64,000 bases of DNA from Thalia democratica (GCA_965202585.1 OZ241829.1:5022001-5086000), one strand, 5' to 3'. Shown: positions 8,083-19,531, counted from the stretch's first letter. Translations and numbers: made by a program. The notes: generated by a model from the letters alone, not told the origin.

Positions 8083-11000
8083 AAACTGATAAGTTTGAAC
8101 ATTTTTAAGTTATAAAATAAAAGAAAACTTTTTAAAAGTTTTCTATACAGATTGATTTACGTATGTAAAGCAGTGCACTAACGAAGCAGTTTTTCTGGAT
8201 AGTATACTAAATTTTTTAGTACAAATTTTAATTTTTTAACTATTTTTAAGGTATTCAAACTAAAGTCAGACAGTTTTTTTATTAAATGTAATAAAAAGAC
8301 ATTTTTAAGCTTTTTTTGACTTAAAAATCCAGAAAGTTTTAAAGCTTGCTTAGGAAACGTTATACTACTTTTCTTATTTTCGAATAAGTAAAACAAAATT
8401 TAAAAATCATTTGTGCTGAGTTTTAAGTTAAATGACTTCACAATAACTAGTTAAAAAATGCAAACTTGCATTATTTATGTTTAAAAAAATATACTTTATG
8501 TGAACTTTAGTCTTTTTTACAAAATTTGAGCATGTAGAGTAATAAAATAGTTGAAAATTTCAGAGTTATAGTTTAAATGATTGGTAAATAGACTTTAAAT
8601 TTACATTTCTCGAAATAAAGTAAGTTTATTTGTTTATTTAAAACTAAAGCATACAATTTTTATCTAAAAGTTTAGTTTTTTTAAAGTGCACAATTTTAAT
8701 AAGCTCGCTTTGTAAATTCTCTACTAATATTGTAGTTACGTGATCTAACTTTAGAAGTTTTTAAAAGTGTTTATACTGAGTTACATGTTTGATACGCTTT
8801 AAGTTTTAAACTGTAAAACTGTATTGTTTAGTATAAAAACTTTTAGCATTTTAATATTGTTATTTCAGTGAAAATAAAAACAAAAAATTTTTGTTACAAA
8901 ATACTTTTGTTGGCAAAACTACAAACATTCTGTATCTCACAATAAACAACGTTACAAGAAAATTAAAAAAAAAAATTTGTCTGAAACCAAATAAGACTGG
9001 TTTTTGCGTGAAATCGTTCGTTTGTTGACATTTGATTAATTTAGTTCACCCGTGAACTTTTCGATAAGAGATAACATCGAAAAATTTGACATGTTACTTT
9101 TAAATTATAATGCGCTGGCATGATGATAAGATAAAATACACAAAAGTTACTAAGCCTCGAAATCTCATTAATATTTTAGCATTTTCTCTTTTGGCTATTT
9201 TTGCAGTCTAGCTTTGTTTCAAAAACTTTTCTGTTTTTTATTTGTTAGTTTTGGTAAGAACTGCTTTAATTATCTAATAAAAAGTGATGTATGGTTAATT
9301 TTTCAAACTTGAATCATACTGTGGTTTTTTTTAGCATACTTTCATTAAATTTAATTAAATATTTTTGTTTTTAAAGTTTTTTTTAGACTACAGCTTGTCT
9401 TAGTCAGCTCAAATAAATTACAAACTTCCTCTAAAAATGATTATTTTGTGATTTTCTCCATCACGAGCTTCGATAAATTTTTTTATAAGCATTCATTTTC
9501 TTATTAGTTCGTAAAAATTCAGTTCTGAGTAATTATACCACTTTTGAATATAAATGTATTAATTGTTTCAAAAGTAAAACATTTCATTAACTATAACTTT
9601 TAAATAACTAAACCGTTTTTTAATAGTACTCGAAGTTTACTTTAATTGTTAAACCAATAAAAAAAGCATTAGTTTAACTTTAGATTAAAGTTACGATTAA
9701 AAAGCTGACTAATCAAATTTAAATTTAATTTTCTCATGAACTGAATGTGAACTTATACTTTTGCAATTAGTAATCTAGCTGTTTAATTTATAAACATAGG
9801 TATTGGTTATTGAAAAACAAGTATAAGTTTAATAAAAAGACTTAACTGTTGATAGTTAACTCTCAAACGACTTTAATAATTAATTTTTATTTTGTTAGAA
9901 ACTCAATTTTAGATTAAAATTCTTTTTAAAAACCTATATTTGGCATTAAAAGTATTTTAGCAATTTTGTGGGTATTTTTTTTCCTTTTAACATCAAAATA
10001 TATAGGTTAAACTTTCCAATTATTTTGAGTTATGTCTAAATCAGCTGTTAATGTGGGGTTTTGAGTATTTTAAGAACATCATTCTACGAACCTGTAGACA
10101 TTTGACCTTATAAACTTAATAATTGTTGAAACAGATAAGATTAAAATCCTATGATATATCAAAAACCTAATTTATTTGGAAAGTTACCAAAGAAATTAGA
10201 GTACTTATACTTAATGTTATGTAGAAATCCAAAACTTTAGAAAAAGTTTTATTTTTAATATGTTTAACATCATATTGTTAAATACAGTATGTTTGTTATT
10301 ATTTTATGATTGTTCTTAACTTCTTTCGTTTTAATACATTTCAAACTCCTAACCAAATTCATAGTAAAACATTTCACATGAGCATTTTAAGTGAAAACTA
10401 GGGTTATTATAACAATTAATTATAAACTTATTTGTTACTTGTGACGAATGTTAAAAATCTAACTAATCAGCTTTTTTTTGCAATTTAAAAGTTACAGATA
10501 AATTTGATCCTTTCTGTAACTTGAACGACTTACTAAAACTTTTATAGAAAAAGATTTTTTAATTAACTTATTAGATAGACTAGATTTTTAAAAAGTTGGA
10601 AGCTAACTAATTGAATTTAAATATAATAATTAAAGTCAAAACCGTGAAATTATGTTTTCAGTTGAATTTTGTAGGTTTAAAACATTTCAAGAACTGTTTA
10701 TATTTCGTTGTGCTATTATTGTAGATTATGGAGTTTATTTTTTTCAACTTAAATTTTACTAAAGAAATACATTTATTATTAAAAACCTCTATACTTTTAG
10801 CTAACACTAAATAACACTTTAATTACAAATTGCAACTAAAATTTCATTTATTTAGAAGTAAAAAATTCTAGAAAGATATTTTCTGCACAAATCTAAAAAA
10901 ACAACGAATGAATAATGTTTCTAAAAAGTATACTTGAGTTAAAACATATTAATTTCTCACATAACGTATAAATATTATTTTAAATATGATCCATTTATTC

Positions 11001-11991
11001 TTTATTAAAGAAAAACATAATTAAAAATAAGTAAGTTCTTACATAACTTAAAGCTGTTGTTTTGTCTCTTGCAAACAGAAATCAAACTAAAACAACTGCA
11101 CGAAAGCAAAAAGTTCGAAACAAATCAGCGGAGAAAATAAATAGTAATAACATGATTACGAAAATAACAGAAAACTTGAAACAACAAAAACAGCCGAGTA
11201 GCTGAAAGTTTCAAAACACAAACACAGGTGGTAGCTATTTATATAAAAGGTTAAAATAATATTTTGAAATGTTTAAAACGCGTCTGCGCAAAAAGTCTCT
11301 CCCTCTCAAGTGGGGGGAACGGAAGTAGTAGAGGCTCCACAAACAACCCCTCTACAAGCGGAAATCACTCAGGCGTGACGCGACAACCCCGCAGTGTGCC
11401 AACTGGGCTTCTTGTCAGCTCTAATGAGCCACCAGCAGATGATACGGTTGACTGATCACAGCTACTTCAGTAGTGGGTGGCCTGTTGATTTCCGAATCTT
11501 TTGTCTTATTATACATGCCCCCATTGCGAGTTTTTCCGAGAAATTGTTTAAAGATCGTTTGTTGGTTTTGATGTTGAGGTAAAACTTTATGCTTGAATGA
11601 ATTAAGATAGGTTTGTGTTTATAAACCAAAAAAAAAGGTTTTAAGCGCATTAGAAAGGTACGGAAATAAAAATCTAGCAATAAACAGTTTACTCAAAGTT
11701 TACAGAGAAAATTAAATATAAAACAACTGAACTAAACAAAAAAATACTCAATATTTAAAAAGAAAAAATATTTATTTTAAAAAATTCAATTTTCTTATCA
11801 TTTCGTTAGGTTTAAATTTCTAAAAAAAAATAAGTTTTTAAAATATATAAGACAAGAAACACACAGATTAAAAATGTTTTAGACCCTAGCTCAACGTAAC
11901 CATCGAAAAGTCCACCCTATGGAAGCCTCACGTATAAAAGAGCCCCTGCTCAAAAGCGTGTAAATAATTTTACACGACTCTGCGTCGCCAC

Positions 11992-12446
11992 CTAGTAGCC
12001 ACCTTGTTGCGAGTGCATGACGGGATTGAACGATGGACACGCCTTCTGGTTGAATTTGTTCGCAGCAGCCACCTTCAACGCCTTGTTCTTTTTCGTCCAC
12101 TTGTATATCTCGGTGACAAGCAACCTCGATCCCCTCGAGTCCTTTCTACCCATGATCAGGTAAGTATACCTTTTCTTCTTTCTTCTCTTCTTATCCTTCT
12201 TCTTTTTCTTACTTGAAGCTCCTCGGGGGATCCTCTTCTTGTTTTTCTTCTTCTTCGACCACGAAGCATCGCCTATGAGCAACGAGCACTTGCACCCCTT
12301 GCCCGATATGATCAGCCTCATCCTGCGCAGATCCCTCGCATCCAGAGGTCCCTTCTTGTAGACGATCCTCCGCCTCGGCGATGCCGTCAGTTCCCTGATG
12401 CCCATCTCCGGGTTGAACGTCAGCTTCTTGCTTCTTACTTTGACCA
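11992..12446 (-). CDS. SFRP1/2/5: sFRP-A exon 3 (NTR domain with polybasic insertion)
   Basis: ORF 11992..12447; TTCACAG acceptor. Confidence 0.93.
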
Positions 12447-15400
12447 CTGTGAAGAAAAATGTTTGAATAAATTAATTTATATATAACCTTAAATCTAATG
12501 AAGAGTTATACACATTAAGAACTTAATTTGTAGTTTAAGTTTCAGAGCATTACTAAGTCCAAGTTCGGGTGTAATTTTAGTTGTTTTAGACCAAGTTTCT
12601 TAAAGTGAACATATAACAATCTCTTGGTGCAATTTTAGAATTCAGGTAGCTATAAGCACTAAGATAACGATAACTAAATGAGTAATTACTTAGCAAAAGA
12701 GCGATATCTAGTAAAAAGTGCTTCGTTTTATTTTAATTTATACTAAGTAAATAATAATGAAAAATAGTCTGGGAAACCTTGGCTTAAAATTATCAAAAAA
12801 AATTGTACATGGACACAGTACTTATGAAAATATACTATAGAAGTTTAAAAATCTATATAGAACCAAAATTCATTCTTTGTACTAAGATTCTGCAATACTT
12901 GTCCTAAAAATTAAGATACTTTAAATAATTTAAATAATTGACTATTTTAAAAGCTGGAAACTAGGTGTCGGTCTTAAAAATGAAATTAAAGTTAGTTGAT
13001 TCTTAGTATAAAATATTTGAGCTTGTATCAACTAATCCACTTTCTAGACTATTATAATTTGAAACAATTCTTAAAGTTATTTGATAAAAAAAAGTAAGCT
13101 ACAAGGGTTGTTTAAAGAGACAATTTTAAACTATGTCTAAATGTTTACAAAAGGAAATACAACAATAAATAATAATATTACATTCATGACTATTCAATAA
13201 AACGCTAATAAGAAACCATTTTGACACGATTTTCTATTTTCAGCAAAAATTCTAACCACCAACTAATTTGCAGTTTTATAGTTTTTAGAAATGCAACGTA
13301 ACTTAGCTCATAAATTAAAATAAAACTATTAATTATAATCGATATATAATAGTAATTAAAGTATTTTATTTAGGCTAAAACTATACTTTAAAAAGTAGTT
13401 TTTAATGTTGTATTTTTGACAGTCTTTTACTGATATTTGAACCTTTTTTTTAAGATGTAGTTGCAAAAGAAAGTTTAATGTATAGATGTAAAATGCTTTG
13501 AAATAGTATTTCCAAAATTAATTTGTAAAGGAAAACTTATTTTCCAATATTTTTAATCTATTACAGTAATAAAAACTTAAGTTTACTCTAAATTAAAACC
13601 AGATTGTTTGTGGCCTATTTAGTTTAGTTTTGTTACAACCAAAATCATATTTTAAAGACAGCACCTGTGTCAGCATATTTTTTCTATAAATACATAACAT
13701 TTTTAATTAATAAAAAGTTTAATTTATTTAGAAGTAACAGTTCGGCTGTATATATAGTATATGTAGAACATAAGTTTTACTGCTGATTAGTTGCAATAAA
13801 AATAAAATTTAGGTAGCTTAAAAGCTTTTTTTTTCAACTAATTTCGTGGTTTAAATTATAATCTTGAATTAAGTGCAAGCTAACTAAACAAACATTGTAA
13901 ATACAAGTCGTCTTGTTTGTTTGGTAATAACGCGATAAAATTTGCATGTTAAACTTGTTTTGCTTTAATGTTTTCATAAGAAAACTTCATTGTGCTAATT
14001 TTTGTTTACTTAAAGCGTTATTAGATACGTTCAAAAAGTGCTTATCACAGTAATTAAAAAATTGTGTTAGTAGAACAGTGTAAAGTACAAAAAAAATAAC
14101 TGTAAAATAAATGTTTTCATACTTAATGAAAGCATAGTAAATAGTTATCAATATATTTTTAACAACAAAACTATGTTTATTGAAATTCGTGTTTCTTCGA
14201 ACTTTCTACTTTTAAAATTTAATCATCAGTTTTTGTGTACTTTTTATTTTTACCAACACTACAGATACACAGTAGCGATATTGCAATCAATTTTCTTTGC
14301 TTAAAATTGTTACTAGTAAGTTTTACTTAAATCAGATTTAGTTTGATCACAAGGTTTTGACAGGCGTATAATCAAATCAATACCCAAGGTATACAAGCGA
14401 AACAATCTTGTATAAAACAAAAGAAGTTTACATTTTGAGCGTGACCGGTTTAATCAAGATAACTCTTCAAACATCTTCATTATTCACTGTTTATCAGGTA
14501 TCTTATCTACCTTCTCATATAAAAACTCTCTACTTGCTATTAAAATATATTCAAACAGTCATCTCTTTATTCTCGAAATTTGTTGCATACTTTTGTTAAT
14601 TATATATATTTTTATCTTTATTTGTTAGGTGTCTGGAAGATTATATTAGTGTTTTTGGATACTATTCTTTTCATTGTGTGGTTGTATTTTTAAAGACATC
14701 TTTATTAAAAAAGTCTGGTATTTATGTTTGAATAAATAGTTGCGTAAAATAACTGAAATATTTATTTGTCTAAAAGTTAGAAGTTTTTCACAGTCGCTGA
14801 CTTAAAATTCGTTAAGAAGAAAGTTTAAAAAACTTTTTATTTTTCTGAAGTGTATAGTTTTTATTTTAGCATTTTGTGGGTTAGAAAGTATATACCACAA
14901 TAAAGGTTTATCATAGAACTTTAGAGTAGATTGAGACTAAAATAAGTGTGAAAATTTGTCATGAGTTTTATTTTATATATTGCTTATATAAATTAACTAA
15001 TTTAGTTTTTTGTGGAAGTCTTTGAACACATTGATTATGAAAACACAGTAGAAATAAAAAAAATATAACTAACCGAATTCAGAGGCACAGAAGTTGTCGT
15101 TTAGGGTTTCCACCTTAACTTTACCCATCGTTCTACAGGGTGCACACACACCAGCTGAAATAATAACAATTCTTTAGTTGATGTACTAGTTAATTGTTAA
15201 AAAATATTTTCAAAAATATACAAATATTCTATTTTTTATATAGAATATAAAATAAAAGTGGTATAAAGCAAGAAAAAGTACTTTAAAGAAACCATAACGT
15301 AAAACCTTAACTTAAAAAAAAAGTACTTTAAGTAAAATTGAAATTTTTAGACGTTATTCTTTTGATTGAAAATTATTATTTTAAAATTCCAGAGACAATA

Positions 15401-17695
15401 TTTATTTTTGACACAAACTTCAAGTGGGGAAAAAATGTTTATGTTTTTGTTTGTATTAAGTGTTTTTAAAGTGCTTAGTCGTTGTTTATTTCCATTATTA
15501 AAAGTTCTAATTTGTCATAAGACGAATATAAAATAATGGTTATAATCTTACGTTTTGGGAACGAGTCAAATATGCAGTAAGTGACACTTTTGCACGAAGG
15601 GTCATTTTTGCACGAGATTTAATATATAAAAAAACTTTTTTTTTAAATCAAGAAAAAAAAAAAACAACAAATGAATTAATGAAAATAAATAAAATGAAAA
15701 ACAAGTTACCAATTGAGAATAAAGGTCAGGGGTAATAGTAATAGTAAAAACATAAGTAAAAAATAGCTAAAATATATTATAAAAAAAAACAAAACAATAT
15801 AAAATATTAAAATAAATTAATTAAGTTTATATACTTTCAAGTTGATAATAATGTTAATTTTTAATTATTTATTGAACTAATAATGACGACATAAAGTTTA
15901 AAGTTCCAAAGTTCAGCTCTAATTAACAAGCAAAATAAATTTCAGTTAAACAAATCGTAAAATATCTAAAAACTCATTTACCAAACAGCCTGATTTTACT
16001 TGATGTTTTGATTTACGTTTTACAGTGTTTACTAAGGGCTAAAAACATTAAGAAAAAATGCGAGGTCGTAAACGTTTCAGAATGTTTACTTGAATGTTGT
16101 GAAACCAGTCTGTGGAGGAATTGTAACAAAAAGTAGATTGTATTTGGAAAGTAAACACGAAATGAGCAAACATGATCATCTGTCCGGTATATACAAGAGA
16201 GCTTATTTTAAGAGGTTTTGTTCAAGTAACAAATATTGCTGCTGACAAATGTGCTTAGCGTATATTATTCTTCTTAATTTTTGGACAGCTTAATCATAAT
16301 TTAGTCAAAGCGGCTTGTAACATCTTGTAGTGTCTTGTCGCATGCTGGTTCATTCTGATGCATCATTTACAGCGAGACTGGTAGATATTTATGTTTTTTA
16401 ATCTCAATAATTATGAAATAAACTTTATAAAGTTTGTAGCAAAGTTACTTAGGCTAAGGTGTATGAGATTAAAATGATCAAAAAAAATTGTTAGAACATT
16501 TTTAAAAGTTTAAGTTTTATTGATTGTATTTGTTTGTTAGCTTTTTTGTACATTGAAAATTTTTTTATTGCTTTTTTAAGACAATACCTAATATGTTTGA
16601 AGTAAATATTTTATAGTAATTTAATCATCAACTAGTAAACCAAAACTTTAAGTAACTTTTGAAAAAATTAAAGTAAAATTTTATGAAATAAAACAAGTAA
16701 AAGAATTTTATGAATTAATAAAATTTGGTTCATTCCTTTGTAGTCTTTGTTTTCAACTTATATTTCAAGTGTTCTGAATAACTTACTGATTGAATTTTTA
16801 TAAAGCAAGTAATTTCTTTTGTATAAAATAAGTATTCATTTATTCCTTGTAAGCATAAAAACCCTAAATTTCATAAACAAGGAAACTTAAACGGAGACAA
16901 AAAAAAACATCCAGTTGGGTAATCATTTTTAAAGAAGAACATTATCAATAGATATCATTTTTGAATCGTAAAAAAGGATAAACGAAGATTATAACAGTGT
17001 ATATGTGCGTATAACAAACAATAGAACGTTATTACAACACATGGCTCCTTGTGACATAACTGTTTCACCTGTCTTTGAAATTAAACATTTTTCTAGTAGG
17101 CGTATTAACAGAGACAAAATCTAAAAGGTACACATTTAAGTTGATAATAAAATAAACGTAATAGATGTATACATAACTAACGCATGGAGGTTTGTGTTGG
17201 TGGGGAGGTCGGGACTTGTGAGACGGTGTTGTTCAGGTTCACGCATGGCTGCTCATCCGTGAACTGGCTGCAGTTGAGCATGGACGGCCAATCGAACTGG
17301 TACTCCCTGAGGACGGGGGCGCACGACCGTTCCACGTCACTGCACAGCTGCTTGCACGGCGGGATGGCGCCCACCACTTGCTGCAGGCACACCGGAGCGA
17401 AGAGGGAGCAGAGGAAGATGCGGGCGTGGGAGTGGCAGCCCTGGCGGAGGAGGGGAACGAAGGAAGCGGCCTGCTGCTTCACCTCGACCAGCGTTTCGTG
17501 GCGGAGGAGGTTGGGGAGGACCATGTCGGAGTAGCCGACTCCGTGGCACAGCTTCAGGTCGTTGGGAATGCGCACGCAGGTGAAGTGGCTGCCCCCTTGA
17601 GAGTGGAACTTGCTGCCCACATAGCTCCCACTAGTGGTGGTTGTCATGGTGATGGCGACCAGCAAAAGAGAAAGTAGCTCGGTTTTGTCGCGCAT
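11992..17695 (-). CDS. SFRP1/2/5: Secreted frizzled-related protein copy A (sFRP1/2/5 subfamily), 349 aa; exons 17695-17182, 15154-15074, 12446-11992
   Basis: Signal peptide and a 10-Cys Frizzled CRD (LPNLLRHETLVEVKQQA, FLCSLFAPVC). Exon 2 encodes VCAPC...FCASEF; exon 3 encodes the NTR (KKGPL, GCKC, YLIMGRK, YKWTKKNK, ACPSF). Phase-1 GT-AG introns, 1050 nt open frame. Confidence 0.95.
15074..15154 (-). CDS. SFRP1/2/5: sFRP-A exon 2 (PGVCAPCRTMGKVKVETLNDNFCASEF)
   Basis: 81 nt, TTTCAG acceptor and GTTAGT donor; not in the ORF track. Confidence 0.92.
15570..15850. repeat. Possible interspersed-repeat fragment in sFRP-A intron 1 (copy at about 49347-49620 in C), not seen in B
   Basis: TTTTGCACGA direct repeat at 15588 and 15606 followed by A-rich tracts; boundaries are approximate. 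Confidence 0.3.
17182..17695 (-). CDS. SFRP1/2/5: sFRP-A coding exon 1 (signal peptide + CRD)
   Basis: ORF 17177..17695; donor GTTAGT at 17181; acceptor TTTCAG at 17720-17718. Confidence 0.95.
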
Positions 17696-18452
17696 TACTT
17701 AGATTGTTTAGATAAATCTGAAAATTAAAAGTACAGTATTGTCTAGATAATTATAATCTTATTTAACAGTTCTTCTTGGTTTAAATTTAATATATTGTAT
17801 TATCAGACTCTTTGAATTTTGATAGTATAACTCATAATGCTAACTAAAAACTGAAAATCAATTAGTTTATTTGTCTAGTTGTTTACAAAATACAAAGTTA
17901 TTTATGTTTATTAAAATTCTATGTTTTTCTTTTACAAATGTAGTAGTAGTGTGGATGAGCAGTTTAGTTAAGGTTTATAAAAGTCAGTTTATACAAAAAC
18001 CTTATTAACTAATAAATTGTACAATACTTTTTAACATTTTTTTATATAGGCATTTGCTTTAAAAATTTAAATATGACAAAATTGAATACTATAGATTAAG
18101 GTTTTTTATACTAAAGTTTTGACAAAACATATTTCAAACCAAATGTTCTGCAGTACTTTTAATTTTTAACTAACGTACTAAAAAAAAATAGTTTTCTCTG
18201 AGAAATAAGCTTACAAGCTCAACTGGCGAGCTTTGCACAAAGCAAGATAAGCTGCTTATCATTAAACGCTGCTTCAAATAACAACAATTTGAAAAAAAAC
18301 ATAACAATAAACATAGCTGTTTCGTTACTAGAAACAAAACCAATACAAGTATTAAAAGGTTTATATGGCACAAAACTAAAATATTTTAGTCTTAAACAAA
18401 CAAATTAGCTAGCTTGTTAATTTAAAGAAACATTAATTAAATATTTTGTAAC

Positions 18453-18615
18453 TTGAAGCTTGCTTGTTGCTTATCAACGATTAATGAATCAAACAACCAC
18501 TAAGCTTCTTGTTTTACTTGCAAGTTGAGAAAAAGGTAATATTGGCCACTACGAGGCGTAAGAGGGTTCCAAGGCTGATGTTTTCTCGATTGATTATCGC
18601 ACTGCTTAAGTTTAA
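18453..18615 (-). promoter_or_regulatory. Conserved proximal element / likely sFRP promoter (copies 35497-35659, 51930-52092)
   Basis: Retained in the diverged C flank; conserved ATATTGGCCACT (CCAAT on the minus strand) about 0.8 kb upstream of the exon 1 acceptor. Confidence 0.55.
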
Positions 18616-19386
18616 GCGATTTTAAAGTTTTTTGTAGGCAAGTTATTATGGTTCGCAGTCATTAGTAACACGTTTTAAAAACTTTAATAAAAAAAAATTA
18701 AAAAATAACAGTTGAACTTTTAAATGCTTGTTTTTGTGATTTTATACTTTCTAACACTAATTACTTTATGCTTAAGCAAGCTTTTTAGGTTAAAAGACAA
18801 CAAAGACAATGTATAAAATTAAAAAAAAAAACAGTTTTATGGTTTTAGGTTTAAAAAAACAAACTAAAAAATGTCGTTTAAGATAAATAATACTTCAAAT
18901 TTAACTAAGCTAAGATAAAAAAGTTTTTTACATGTCAAAAAAAGTACATGTTAAAAAACAGTTTGTGTTGTAAAATAAATATAACTAAAAAAAAAGCTGC
19001 ATTTTATACTTATTAGAAATTTTATTTGTATTTTAATACAAAACCATCTTTTGTTAAAAAAACGAACAAACAAAACAAAAAGTCGTGAATCTTATTTCTA
19101 AACATATGCTTTAACATTACTTTTTATTTAGTATATATTTGAATTTTATCAGAATAAGTCAAAATTTGTTTATCTCAAAATGAAAGCGATAAAAATAAAA
19201 AAAAAAACAAATTAAATTATTTGAAATGTAGAACTTTTACCTACTGTTACAACTAAACATTTTCTTTTTTATTAATAACACCACTAATAAAACAAAAATC
19301 TCAATTTTTTTATTAGTTATTAGTGCATTAGATAGTACTTCATAAAGTGATTTAATGTTTTAATTTATATGAAAGTCAGTATACTA

Positions 19387-19531
19387 GTGTTAATGTTTAG
19401 TAGATTAATTTGCTGCAACCTTTTAATATATGAGAAGACATAAAAGTTTAATCTGCTTTTTATTGAATTACCGCCGACACACTTGTGAATAATCACAGAG
19501 CTTTACATAAATGTGTAACACGTTCGTATGG
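19387..19531. promoter_or_regulatory. Conserved non-coding element (copies 36426-36570, 52706-52850)
   Basis: TAGTAGATTAATTTGCT and AAGTTTAATCTGCTTTTTATT are conserved (GATTA/TAATC K50-homeodomain-type cores). Confidence 0.5.

Larger units (their letters stand above)
11977..17730. repeat. sFRP-A gene body, paralogous to the sFRP-C gene body 45802-51497 (introns about 90%)
   Basis: Colinear alignment of both introns at offset about 33.8 kb; about 27 differences in a sampled 300 nt. Confidence 0.95.

Noticed and set aside
11050-11205. 52-codon stop-free frame containing QTKTTARKQ (histone H3 tail-like)
   Set aside because: No suitable start or partner exon. A-rich + strand sequence is naturally stop-poor, so the resemblance is probably chance.
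11891-12216. ORFs 11891..12100(-), 12004..12216(+) and equivalents at 28830 and 45728-46035
   Set aside because: Shadow frames of sFRP exon 3; their lengths and ends differ between copies.
17184-17677. Overlapping ORFs 17184..17534(+), 17337..17549(-), 17378..17677(+) and their copies at 34.2-34.7 kb and 50.9-51.4 kb
   Set aside because: Shadow frames of the GC-rich sFRP exon 1; they recur only because the exon is duplicated.
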